NCBI GenBank assembly: GCA_963663895.2
Contig: CAXXRD010000002.1
Location: 192,001-256,000, forward strand
Source: Dehalococcoidia bacterium
GTDB lineage: Bacteria; Chloroflexota; Dehalococcoidia; Bin125
Direction: 5' to 3'
DNA: 64,000 bases
The notes under the pieces are model-generated. The model had not been told where the DNA came from, searched no databases, and was given only the letters and a program-made list of their open reading frames with translations. The translations under genes were made by a program, and so were the position numbers. This document shows positions 32,784 through 42,783 of the stretch, one piece after another; the first letter of the stretch is position 1; every line of letters starts with the position of its first letter.

Positions 32784-33269
32784 ATGACAAGCGCGGATGA
32801 CTCGCAAGCCTGGATGCCCGCTCGACGCGAAGCCCGGTTCGTGGCGTTCGCGGTGGACGCGCTCTTCCTCGCCGTGCTGTTGCTCCTTTTTCTCGCCTTG
32901 GGGGGGCTCGCGGTTCTGCTGCAAAGCGCATGGCTGGCGGTCGATCCGCCCCTGCATGCGTGGATCATCGGATTCGGAGTGGCGGGCTTGTGGCTGATCG
33001 CGCCGCCCCTGTACGCGGCCGTCGGGGCGCTCCGCGGCGGCACCCTGGGTGCGCGCCTGCTGCGACTCTCGATCACGAACGAAGAGGGCGGGGCCATTCA
33101 CAAGGATCGGGCGGTGGCGCGAGCCCTGTTGCTCTACCCCTCGACGTGGGCGCTGGGCTTGGGGCAGGCCGCGGCGTTCGCGGACCCGCTGGGGCGCGGA
33201 CTCCACGATCGATTGGCCGGAACTATCGTCGTCGAGCAGGGCGCCGGCGAGCCAGCGGGCGAGAGATGA
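32784..33269 (+). CDS. RDD family membrane protein
   Basis: RFVAFAVD, TLGARLLRL, RGLHDRLAGTIVV. Confidence 0.85.
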   Translation: MTSADDSQAWMPARREARFVAFAVDALFLAVLLLLFLALGGLAVLLQSAWLAVDPPLHAWIIGFGVAGLWLIAPPLYAAVGALRGGTLGARLLRLSITNEEGGAIHKDRAVARALLLYPSTWALGLGQAAAFADPLGRGLHDRLAGTIVVEQGAGEPAGER

Positions 33270-34384
33270 CGGGCCGGGATTCCAATGGTCCTGCGGACGG
33301 AAGCGGCGCCGTGCCGCCGTTGTTCGATCCGCCTCGCCGCGAGTCCGCCGGCTCCAGGGCGCCCGCCCACGGGGGCGCGACGCGAGGCAAGGCGCCGGTC
33401 GAGGATCCACTCCCGCCGCTGCCGCCGCCGTTCGACGAGCCGCCGATCCAGCCGCCCGGCCACGAGCCCTCGATCCCGGAAACGCTCCCGGCCGAACCGA
33501 TGCGGCCATCGGAATGGTTCACGGCCCCGCTGGAGGAAGCCGGGCCGGACTGGTGGCGCGCCGTCTTGCGCTGGGGGGCGATTCTCTTGCTCGCCTTCTT
33601 CGCGATCGTGCTGATCCTGGCGTGGTCCGCGATCCAGATGACGGGCGAGGAGACCGGGCAGCGGATTATCCAGCGCAGCCTGTTGCCCATCACGGAGATC
33701 GACGACGTGCTCGACAGGGAGTACGCGGCCTTGGTGACCGAGGCGCGGCGCAATCCAGACCCGGCGACGACCATGTTCGTGCCGAGCTACCCGATCAGGA
33801 TCCCCATCACGGCGCAAGCGCTCGCGACGATGTCGCAGGGGGAGTTGCGCGCCTTCCTCCTCGGGGAGTCGACGAAGCGGATGTACGAGCAGGGGGTGAG
33901 CGCTTTCCAGCGCGAGACGACGAGCTTCAGCGGCGGTTTGCTGGGAGCGCGCGGGGTGCTGCGACTGACGGTGGGGCAGATCACGCGCGACAGCCATCAG
34001 ATCGCCCAGATCCTCGGCGGACTGCTGCTGGCCGCGACTGCGGTGCTGGTGGGCGCAGTGGTGCTGCTGAGCGATGGCTTCCGACGGATCCGCAACGTGG
34101 GCTTCGCGATCGCGATCGGTACGGCTCCGATGACGCTGGCGGTCGTGGGCGCGCGGTTCGCGCTGCGAAGCGCCGGGGATGACGCGGCCGATCCCTTCAA
34201 CGCGGCGTTGTTCGCGATCGCCGGCGACGTGATGTGGATCCCGATCCGCAATTTCATCATCTTCGCCCTGCTGGGGCTGTTGGTTTTCGGGCTGGGGATC
34301 GTGCTGGACCTGTGGCGAGATCGCATTGAGCGAACCGGCTGGCAACCGGCGCAAAGGGAAGGGCGGCAGAGGAGCTCGCCCTAG
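33266..34384 (+). CDS. Hypothetical membrane protein with a Pro-rich N-terminus
   Basis: ATGA overlap with the RDD gene; about 4 TM segments. Confidence 0.7.
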   Translation: MTGRDSNGPADGSGAVPPLFDPPRRESAGSRAPAHGGATRGKAPVEDPLPPLPPPFDEPPIQPPGHEPSIPETLPAEPMRPSEWFTAPLEEAGPDWWRAVLRWGAILLLAFFAIVLILAWSAIQMTGEETGQRIIQRSLLPITEIDDVLDREYAALVTEARRNPDPATTMFVPSYPIRIPITAQALATMSQGELRAFLLGESTKRMYEQGVSAFQRETTSFSGGLLGARGVLRLTVGQITRDSHQIAQILGGLLLAATAVLVGAVVLLSDGFRRIRNVGFAIAIGTAPMTLAVVGARFALRSAGDDAADPFNAALFAIAGDVMWIPIRNFIIFALLGLLVFGLGIVLDLWRDRIERTGWQPAQREGRQRSSP

Positions 34385-36441
34385 CAGGACCCGTCGAAGC
34401 GTTCGACGTCAACCTGGCAGTCGTAGAACGTGCCGCCGCCGCCCACGTCGGTGAGGAGGGGCGAGGTGACGTTGTTGACGGTGCCACGCCCGTCGGACCG
34501 CTTATCCCAATAGCCCCAATAGGTCGCGACCGCACCGGGCTGCACCCTGGTCGAGAGCCGGAGCGGGATCACGAACTCGCCCCGATCGTTGAAAACCCGC
34601 ACGCGGTCGCCATCGGCGAGGCCCTTGCGAGCGGCGTCGTCCGGATGCATTTCCAAAGTGCGCGCCGTGGCCTCCTGGCGTTGCATGACCGGCAGGTGCG
34701 TGTAGTTGGCGTTGACGGTGTCCTTGTGCTTGCGGGAGAGGAAGTTGAAGGGGAAGGGGCCATCCCGTCGCAGAGTCTCGTGCGGCGGCGTGAAGCCGGG
34801 GAGCGGGTCGAGCCCGAGCGCGATCAGACGCGCGGCGTAGAACTCCCACTTGCCGGACGGCGTTTCGAAGCCGCCTTCGGCGAAGGGCAGGAGATCGAGC
34901 TCGTCGGCCGTGTTGACGAAAGGCTGCTGGTACAGCTCGTCCTTGGAGACGGCGTCGGTGAGCACGTCGTCGACGAATTCGGTCGGCGAGAGGTAGAGCG
35001 CGGGCTCTTGGACGCCGAGCGCGCGGGCGAGGTCCTGGAAGACCTCCTGGCTGGTGCGCGACTCGCCGAGCGGGGCGATGGCGGCGCGGCTGTAGCTCGC
35101 GTGGTCGTGGCCGGCCGAGAGGACAAGGTCGTCATGCTCCAGCGTGGAGGTGGCGGGCATGACGATGTCGGCATAGTCGGCCGCGTCGGTCAGGAAAAGG
35201 TCGTGCACGGCGATGAAGAGGTCGTCACGCTGCAGGGCGCGGCGGACGGTGTTCTGGTCGGGCAGGGCGATCGTATTGAAGTTGTAGAAGTAGAGAACCT
35301 CAATCGGCGGGTCGAAGTTGGGGTCGAGCAGGTGCTCGGCCAGCCGCATCATGTTGACGACGCGCGTGCCGGGCGGGATCAGGTCGGTGCGGGCGGCGCG
35401 GTCCACATCCTGGGCGTCGGCCATGCCGCGGCCCCAGGACCAGTAGCCGCCCCCCACGTCACGCCAGGCGCCCGTGAGAGCGGGCAGGCAGGAGATGGCG
35501 CGGACGGCGGCGTAGCCGGCGCCGGTGCGTTGCACGCCGAAGCCGATGCGCAGCGCGGCCGGCCGGCGCGCCGCATATTCCCGGGCGAGCCGCTGGATCG
35601 TCGAGACGGGCAGGTCGCAGGTGCGCGCCAGATCGTCGAGCGAGAGGGCGCGCAGCCGTTCGAGGAGCTGATCGTAGCCGACGGTATAGCGGCGGACGTA
35701 ATCGTGATCGGCCAAGCCCTCCTCGGCGATCACCTTCATCATGCCCATCGCCAAGGCGGCGTCGGTGCCGGGCCGGATGGGGATGTGCTCGTCGCTGCTG
35801 CGTGCCGTGCGCGAGAGATAGGGATCGATGGTGATGACCTTGGCGCCGCGCTTCTTGGCCTCCAGGACGTGGCGCCAGACGTGCATGCCGGTGTTGAGGG
35901 GGTTGGCCCCCCAGAAGATGATCAGGTTGCTGTGCTCCAGTCCCTCCGGCGGGAAGCCGCCGATCAGGTCGGGGAAGTGCTCGATTGCGCCGAGGTAGGC
36001 GCCGTCGCAGATCGAGCGGTAGAGGATCGAGGTGCCCAGCACGTTGGCGAACCGCCGGTCCATGCCCCAGCCCTGGTAGATCCCGAGCGTGCCGGAATAG
36101 GAGTAGGGCAGGATCGACTCGGGCCCGTGCCGGTCGATCGCTGCACGCATCTGGCCGGCCGTGACCGCGATCGCCTCTTCCCACGAGATGCGCTCGAAGC
36201 GGGCGCCGGGGCCCTTCGGCCCGACCCGCTTGACGGGGTGGAGCAGGCGCTCGTCGGAGTAGACGCGATCGAGGAAGCGGTTCACTTTGCCGCAGAGCGC
36301 GCCGCGCGTGTAGGGATGGTCGCGGTGGCCGGCGATCTGCACGGCGCGCCCATCCTCGACGGTGACGTCCATCAGGCAAGCGTCCGGGCAGTTGTGGGGA
36401 CAGCCGACGTGGACGACCTGCGGAGCAGCCGATGGAGCCAT
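34381..36441 (-). CDS. Molybdopterin (bis-MGD) oxidoreductase
   Basis: CPHNCPDAC..LCGK Fe-S motif, WGANP, RPGTDAAL, ADIVMPA, TPSGK, HPDDA. Confidence 0.92.
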   Translation of the reverse strand: MAPSAAPQVVHVGCPHNCPDACLMDVTVEDGRAVQIAGHRDHPYTRGALCGKVNRFLDRVYSDERLLHPVKRVGPKGPGARFERISWEEAIAVTAGQMRAAIDRHGPESILPYSYSGTLGIYQGWGMDRRFANVLGTSILYRSICDGAYLGAIEHFPDLIGGFPPEGLEHSNLIIFWGANPLNTGMHVWRHVLEAKKRGAKVITIDPYLSRTARSSDEHIPIRPGTDAALAMGMMKVIAEEGLADHDYVRRYTVGYDQLLERLRALSLDDLARTCDLPVSTIQRLAREYAARRPAALRIGFGVQRTGAGYAAVRAISCLPALTGAWRDVGGGYWSWGRGMADAQDVDRAARTDLIPPGTRVVNMMRLAEHLLDPNFDPPIEVLYFYNFNTIALPDQNTVRRALQRDDLFIAVHDLFLTDAADYADIVMPATSTLEHDDLVLSAGHDHASYSRAAIAPLGESRTSQEVFQDLARALGVQEPALYLSPTEFVDDVLTDAVSKDELYQQPFVNTADELDLLPFAEGGFETPSGKWEFYAARLIALGLDPLPGFTPPHETLRRDGPFPFNFLSRKHKDTVNANYTHLPVMQRQEATARTLEMHPDDAARKGLADGDRVRVFNDRGEFVIPLRLSTRVQPGAVATYWGYWDKRSDGRGTVNNVTSPLLTDVGGGGTFYDCQVDVERFDGSC

Positions 36442-36512
36442 AACGCCTCCAGCAACAGTGTAGAGCAGCGCCGGTTGCGGCGGGCGGCGGGAGAGGGTTC
36501 AATGCCTGCACA

Positions 36513-36587
36513 GCGGGAGTAGCTCAGCGGTAGAGCATCTGCTTCCCAAGCAGAGGGTCGCGGGTTCGACCCCCGTCTCCCGCTCCA
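36513..36587 (+). tRNA. tRNA-Gly (CCC)
   Basis: GCGGGAG/CTCCCGC acceptor stem, AGCTCAGCGGTAGAGC D-arm, TCTGC-TTCCCAA-GCAGA anticodon arm, GTTCGA T-loop, encoded CCA. Confidence 0.97.
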
Positions 36588-36812
36588 ATGCCTCCTATGG
36601 ATATAGAGAGAGCGGACGGCCGTCGGGGCCGCCCGGGCATCGGGATCGGTGACCCTCTGCTTTCCCAGCACGCCGATGAAGCCCATACCACGCGACCCGA
36701 TCCACGCCCCGTCTGCCTCGTGCCCAGGCTTACCATCCTTAGCAACGGCGCGATCGCTAGCAAAGGTAGCGTTTGCTAAGGGTTGCTAGCGGATCGGAGC
36801 CGCGCGGCGCCC

Positions 36813-37238
36813 TTACCAGGTAAGACTGTCCTCTGCCTCCTCCGGACGGCAGCGCGCGGCGATCGCGGCTACGTATTCCTCCGACGGCTCGGCCAGGGTA
36901 ACCGGCGGGTCGAGGGCGATCTCGGCAACGAACGCCGTGAAGGCCGCGCGCTGGGCGGCCGCCAGGGCGTGGAGGGCGGGCGTGAGCGGGTCGGCGCCGA
37001 ACACCGTCGCGACGACTTCCCCCTCGATCGCCAGCGCCCGGAGCAGGTGATGGGCGGCGCGGATGCCGTCGCGCAGGAGATCCTCCAGGGGTGGCAGCTG
37101 GGGCTCGCCCGTGTCGCCTGTGTCCCCGGGGACCGCCATGCCCCGCAGCTCCTCCGCGACCACGCGTACCTCCCGGTCGAGATACGGGTCGAGGGGCTCG
37201 TCCGGACCACTAAGATCGCGCATTGCAGCGGATCGCAC
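36813..37238 (-). CDS. Hypothetical protein or fragment
   Basis: 141 aa ORF with a protein-like composition; no motif recognised. Confidence 0.4.
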   Translation of the reverse strand: MRSAAMRDLSGPDEPLDPYLDREVRVVAEELRGMAVPGDTGDTGEPQLPPLEDLLRDGIRAAHHLLRALAIEGEVVATVFGADPLTPALHALAAAQRAAFTAFVAEIALDPPVTLAEPSEEYVAAIAARCRPEEAEDSLTW

Positions 37239-37564
37239 CGGACAGCGCCAGCTGGATCATCACCGACGCCGACGGGACCGAGATCACACCGGACGTATCG
37301 GGATGCGTCCCCGGCAGCCCCCGATCGCGCATCGCACCCTGATGCAGGACGACGACACGGCAGATGATGAGGAAGCGTGCGACGAGGAGTGACAGACGCT
37401 CCGCGCAACCGACAGCGAGGCCGCTGCGCTTGGTTGACAGACGGAGCACGGCCCCAGCCGTACCCAACCGGGAAGTGTCAGTTTCTCGACGATCCGAGAA
37501 GCCGCCTCGTCACTGCGGGCGATACTCTTCTGTAAGATGGTCGCGCGGCGGCGTGGAGCGCGGG

Positions 37565-37807
37565 ATGAGCGGGGACGACGGTCTGCGAAGGAAGATCCTC
37601 AGTGGGCAATCGGATGCCAACGTCCGCTTTGAAGAGCTCCGTTCGTACCTGTTGCAGTTAGACTTCACCGAGCGCGTCCGCGGAAGCCACCATATCTTCC
37701 GGAGAGAGGACGTCCGCGAGCTGATCAACCTGCAGCGCGACGGGAGCCAGGCGAAGCCCTACCAGGTACGGCAGGTCCGCCAGGCAATCCTGAGAAACCA
37801 CCTGTGA
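37565..37807 (+). CDS. hicA: HicA family toxin (mRNA interferase)
   Basis: RGSHHIF and INLQ..AKPYQVRQV; directly upstream of hicB. Confidence 0.88.
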   Translation: MSGDDGLRRKILSGQSDANVRFEELRSYLLQLDFTERVRGSHHIFRREDVRELINLQRDGSQAKPYQVRQVRQAILRNHL

Positions 37808-37817
37808 GGACAGCCGG

Positions 37818-38030
37818 ATGCACAAGTACGAGATCATCATCTACTGGAGCAACGAGGACGACACGTTCGTCGCGGAGGTGCCCGAGCTTCCCGGTTGCAG
37901 CGCCCACGGCGATACCAAGGCGGCCGCCCTGCAAAGCGTCGAGCAGGCGATCGGCCTCTGGATCGATACGGCACGGGAGTTCGGCGACCCTGTTCCGGAC
38001 CCTAGGGGTGAACGCCTGATGCTGGCGTAG
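37818..38030 (+). CDS. hicB: HicB family antitoxin (short form)
   Basis: YEIIIYWS.ED..FVAEVPELPGCSAHGDT..WIDTAREFGDPVP. Confidence 0.9.
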   Translation: MHKYEIIIYWSNEDDTFVAEVPELPGCSAHGDTKAAALQSVEQAIGLWIDTAREFGDPVPDPRGERLMLA

Positions 38031-38108
38031 AGGCACAGGATCGGTGTCACCCCAGCCGACATCGAAGATGTCGCGCTGGGGTGGCTCGCGGCCCTCGGCT
38101 GGCCGATC

Positions 38109-38290
38109 GACGCACGGCTCGCGACGCTCACGCTCCGCGGCGTCGACATCGGCGACTTCTCCAGCCGTCAGACCAACTACACGGGCGTCCCCGAAGACGG
38201 CTTGCCGGTCACGACGGTCGTTGCGGAAGCGGTGCAGAACGGCGCGACGGTTGCGATCGATCCGCACGACACCGATGAGGAGACGGCGCG
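38109..38290 (+). pseudogene. Fragment resembling a cadherin-like beta-sandwich domain
   Basis: DARLATLTLRGVDIGDFSSRQTNYTGV..TTVVAEAVQNGATVAIDPHDTDE; no proper start. Confidence 0.5.
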
Positions 38291-38336
38291 GCGTCCAACA
38301 CGAACACAGCGACATCCCGGTGTCCCCGCCCGGCCG

Positions 38337-39930
38337 TCACTCCCCCGGCGGCTTGGGCATGCTGTAGCCGACACGCAGATGATTGACGATGTACACGGGG
38401 TTCTTGGCATCGTCGCCCAGCTTCCGCCGGAGCTGCTTGACGACCGTGCGCACCAGGCCGTTCCTGCCGGGGTGGCCGGGGCCCCAGACGCGGCCCAGAA
38501 GTTCGGCGTGCGTCAGCACCGCGCCGGGGTTGCTGGCGAGCTCATAGAGCACGCGGTACTCGAGGTCGGTCAGCTCCAGCGGGCGGCCCGCCAGCGTCGC
38601 TCGCCGTTCGTGGAAGTTGATCGTCAGGTCGTGCAACGCGTACGGGCCGGCCGGCTGAGGGGAGTTGCCGCCCGCCCAGCGGCGCAGGACCGTGCGAATC
38701 CTCGCGACCAGCTCCGTGGGGGGAAAACGGCTTCACGATGTAGTCTTCCGCCCCCATCTCCAGGGCCCGCGCCACGCGCCGGTCGCCTCCATACGCGGAG
38801 AGGAAGATGACCGGCAGTTCCTTCAGCGCCGGGACGGCCTCCATGAGCTCGATGCCATCGGTCTCGGGCAGCATGAGGTCGAGCAGCACGAGCTGCGGAT
38901 GGTGCTCGTCGATGAGACGCTCCACGGCTTCCGGGTCGCCCGTCAGGAACGGCTCGAAGTGGGCCTGTGTCAGCGCATCGCGGACGTGGCGGAGCGTCTG
39001 CGGGTCGTCATCCACGACGAGCACACGAACCCGGCGCCTGCCCGCCTCGTCGTGTTGCGGCGCACGCTTCGGCATGACCGGCTCGCCGGGGATCGCGTTC
39101 GGTTCGGCGATCGGCAGGGTGAAACTGAAGCGGGCTCCTTTTCCTAGTCCCTCGCTCTGCGCCCAGATGCGGCCCCCGTGCGCCTCTACGATGCCCCGAG
39201 AGATGGCCAGTCCCAGTCCCGAATCACTCTGCCCCTCGGGACGCGCCAGCTCCCGCCGCGAGAACTTGCGGAACAGATGCGGCAGCTGCTCCTCCGCGAT
39301 CCCCGCCCCGGTATCGCTGACGGAGAACTCCAGCTGGACGCCCCGCAACTCGACGCGCAGGCGGATCAGCGAGCCGTCCGGGCTGGCGCGCTCGGCATTG
39401 GTCAGGAGATTGACCAGGACTTGCGCGATGCGTCGCCGGTCCGCCATCACCGGCGGCAGGTCCGGGGGCATGTCGATCTCGATGTTGTCCGTACCGCCTC
39501 CGCTGATGAACGACCCGCGGGCACGGTCGATCAGGTCGCGCACCTCGGCCGGCTCGGGCGAGACGGAGAGGGCGCCCACCTCGATCCAGGCCACGTCCAG
39601 CAGGTCCGTGATCAGCGCCTGCATGTGGTTGGCCTGTTCGTCGATGAGCCGGTGAAACTGGACCAGCTCCGCCGAGCCCAGCGCCAGATCCGAAGCGAGC
39701 AGGATCGCGGCCGAGCCCTTGATCGACGTGAGCGGCGCGCGCAGTTCGTGACTGACCATCGCCAGGAATTCCGCCCGCATCCGTTCCAGGTCCTCGAACG
39801 CGGCCACATCCTGCATGGTCACGACCACGGATTCGACCTCGCCCTCGGGGGAACGGATGGCCGTGGCGTTGACGATCACCGTCACGCTGCGCCCGTCGGG
39901 CGCCCTTGAGTGGACCCCGGTTGACCATGC
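38337..39930 (-). pseudogene. Hybrid sensor kinase-receiver-winged helix protein, 5' truncated and frameshifted at a G7 run near 38718
   Basis: [36 protein letters not shown] receiver, wHTH in ORF 38337-38636. Confidence 0.8.
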
Positions 39931-40299
39931 GCCCAGGTGATGATGACACCGGGATGCGGGAGTGCTCCGGCGTCTCGTCCAGCTCCCCGGCGCTGCTGTT
40001 CGGCGGGAACCTTCTCCCGGGACGATGCGTATAGAGACTGACAGGCCCCCTGGAGTATGGAAGCGATGAGAGAGGGGGCGATGGAGATGATGGATGGATA
40101 GGAGCATGGCCTGCCTGAACAGGCGGGGTGGGCGGCGGTGATCGCCTTGGCCCTGTGCGTGACGACCGCCGCCCTGCTAGCGGCGTGCGGCAACGAGCGG
40201 AAGGCTCGGACCTAGCGGACCTGAGAGGCCGGCAGACAGTACGACGTTCGAGTTGAACGTTACCCATGGGTCTGAAGTCGAGGCACCCCGGAGGTCCGC

Positions 40300-41988
40300 T
40301 CAGGACTCGATCAGCCCATCCTGGGGCTGCGTCCAGGGCAGCTGATAGAGGGGCGCGAATTGCGGGGCGCGCGGGATGGGCATGTCGCCGAACGGCACGT
40401 CGATGACCACCGGTTCGTCGTGCGCCAGCGCCGCCGGCAGAAGGGTCGCCAGCTCCATCGGATCCGCCGCCCGCATGCCGACCGCGCCGAACGACTCGGC
40501 GAACCTGACGAAGTCCGGGTTGTGCAGGTCGGTTCCGTAGGCGCCGCCGAACGCCATCTCCAGATCGCGCGCGACGTTGCCGTAGGAGTCGTTCCTGAAG
40601 ACGACGGTCGTCACGTTGATGCCGTGCTGCACGGCGGTGGAGAGTTCGGACGCATTGAACAGGAACCCCCCGTCGCCAACCATGCAGACCACGGGGCGAT
40701 CGGGCTGGGCCACCTTGACGCCCAAGGCCGTCGGGAACGCGTAGCCGACGTTGAACTGATACCCGGAGTCGATGTACGTCTTGGGATGGTTCACTTTGTA
40801 GTGCGTGCGGGCGTAATAGCCGAATTGCGTGACATCCCACACGATGAATGCGTCCTCCGGGATGTTGCCCTGGATCGCCTCCAGCACCGGGTACTGCGGC
40901 TCCTTCAGCCTGATGTCGTAGTAAGAGATCAGGTTCCGGGCCGCCTCAACGCCCTCGGCGGGCGACGGGCGATCGCCCGCTCCGGCCTCGTGGAGCCAGG
41001 GGAGCATCGCTTTGATCGTCGCTTTCGCGTCGCCATGTAAGGGGATGGTGTTGGACTGAATCCGCATCAGCTCGCTGTCGTCGACGTTGATGTTCACCAG
41101 CGTGGCGGCGTTGCCCGCCGGGTTGCCGAGCGAGAAGCGCGCGCCGATCCCGATCACGACGTCGGCCGCCTGCATCACCTCGAACAGCTGGTTCATCTCC
41201 TGCCGCTCGCCCCGCGGGCTGAAGCAGGAGCCGTAGGAGAGCGGATGGCTGTCCGGGATCGTCCCCTTGCCGCCGCTGGACGTGACCACCGGGATGTTCG
41301 TCGCCTCGGCCAGCTTGACGAGGGCGTCCTCCGCATCTGATCGCGCCACCCCGCCGCCAGCGTAGATCAAAGGCAAGCGCGCCGCGGCGATCACACGGGC
41401 CGCCTCCCGCAGCTGGTCCGGGCTCGGCACAATCGGCGCGACGGGCGCCGGATCCCACAGCTCGACCTCTTCCCGCTCGACGCCCACCTCTGGCGGCACC
41501 TCGATCAACACCGGGCGCGGACGCCCACTGCGCATCTGTCTGAAGGCTTCGGTCACGGCCGCGGGAATCTCCCGTGGCCGCATCGCCGCGCGCCGCCACT
41601 TGGTCACCGCGCGCACCGTGTCGGCCTGATCCAGCACCTCGTGCACCGCCCCGGCGTTCTTCCCGATGGCGGCGCGAGGGATCTGGCCGGCGATGACGAG
41701 TACGGGTGAAGAGCGGGCGTATGCCGTGGCCAGGCCGGAGGCGGCGTTGTACAGGCCCACGCCGGGCACCACCAGCGCGACGCCCGGCTTCCCGGAGGCG
41801 CGGGCATAGCCATCGGCCATGTAGGTCGCGGCCTGCTCGTGGCGGGTTGCGATCAGGCGAATCCCCGGCTCGTCGCGCAGCCCCGCGACGAGCCCGTATA
41901 TCTGAATGCCCGGGATCCCGAAGACGACCTCGACGCCCTCCTTGACGAGGGATCGGGCCAGGGCTTCGCCGCCGCTGCACTTGGCCAC
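40300..41988 (-). CDS. Thiamine diphosphate-dependent enzyme (acetolactate synthase-like family)
   Basis: FGIPG, RHEQAA.YMADGYAR, GDGGFLF..RNDSYG. Confidence 0.9.
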   Translation of the reverse strand: MAKCSGGEALARSLVKEGVEVVFGIPGIQIYGLVAGLRDEPGIRLIATRHEQAATYMADGYARASGKPGVALVVPGVGLYNAASGLATAYARSSPVLVIAGQIPRAAIGKNAGAVHEVLDQADTVRAVTKWRRAAMRPREIPAAVTEAFRQMRSGRPRPVLIEVPPEVGVEREEVELWDPAPVAPIVPSPDQLREAARVIAAARLPLIYAGGGVARSDAEDALVKLAEATNIPVVTSSGGKGTIPDSHPLSYGSCFSPRGERQEMNQLFEVMQAADVVIGIGARFSLGNPAGNAATLVNINVDDSELMRIQSNTIPLHGDAKATIKAMLPWLHEAGAGDRPSPAEGVEAARNLISYYDIRLKEPQYPVLEAIQGNIPEDAFIVWDVTQFGYYARTHYKVNHPKTYIDSGYQFNVGYAFPTALGVKVAQPDRPVVCMVGDGGFLFNASELSTAVQHGINVTTVVFRNDSYGNVARDLEMAFGGAYGTDLHNPDFVRFAESFGAVGMRAADPMELATLLPAALAHDEPVVIDVPFGDMPIPRAPQFAPLYQLPWTQPQDGLIES

Positions 41989-42219
41989 GGATCACCTGCC
42001 TCCACCGGGATCGGGCTCCGCAAGGAGGAACCACCGCCTGCGAAAGTCAGACGTCCTCGGCTTCTCTAGGCATTCACAATACGTGTTCTGGCGATTACTC
42101 ACCCTAGAGCCTATCTACATTCAGCACGAGAACGCTCCATGGACAGCGCCAAGTACGCAATAGCACGTTCGCTGTCATCACCTGCCTCTCTGCGTGTCAC
42201 CTACTGTAGGAGTGGCAGA

Positions 42220-42290
42220 AGCTCTGTGGACGAATGAAACGCCGCTTGCCTGGCAGGCGTGAGATCCCGGTTCGAATCCTGGCAGAGCCA
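42220..42290 (+). pseudogene. Degenerate full-length tRNA gene (anticodon position GGC)
   Basis: Canonical cloverleaf spacing and TTCGAAT T-loop, but one mismatch in each of the four stems. Confidence 0.6.
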
Positions 42291-42486
42291 CCGCGGCTGT
42301 AGTGCCTTGACGCGGGTCGCCTCGGGGCGAGCGCCTACTCGGTGGACACGCGGTGGGCCGACACGGACTGTCCTGCGCACTTTCAGGCGGCCGGTGGCTC
42401 TAGAGACGCCGAGCCGCTCGGTACCGCGAGTCGGCGAGGGTTCGGGTCCTCGTCAGGGGTGACCGGCGACCGAGCAGCCACGCGTA

Positions 42487-42704
42487 TCAGGCCGCCGGTG
42501 ATGCCGGCGCGGCATCGGAGGACTCAGGAAGGAGCGCCCTCACGGCGGGAACGCGATCGTTCGGGATCCCCATCACCGTTTGCGACTTCTGCTTGAGGGT
42601 AGCCTCGATCTCCGCCGCCAACGCGTCGTCCGACAGCCCTTCGTCGTGCGCAATGACGTGGCGCACGCGCTCTTCATCCCCGCCGGCGGGAACCTGTTTG
42701 TCGT
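42487..42704 (-). pseudogene. Frameshifted small acidic protein, possibly antitoxin-like
   Basis: RFPP/DEERVRHVIAHDEG..AAEIEA..QTVMGIPNDRVPAVRALL; resembles from memory a family of small proteins found next to TA genes. Confidence 0.45.
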
Positions 42705-42783
42705 GAGAGGTGGCCCCGATGTCGTGAGAGCCATGACTGAGTGCTAGGGTGTGGAGAAGGAGCGTTGACGCGGAGCGAGATTG

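Noticed and set aside
29436-36522. Long antisense ORFs (e.g. 29436-31334, 34645-36522, also 7376-9031 and 56303-57568)
   Set aside because: Shadow ORFs opposite clear genes, caused by high-GC codon bias
40100-40216. Lipoprotein signal-like frame ([10 protein letters not shown])
   Set aside because: Stops right after the lipobox; at most a tiny remnant
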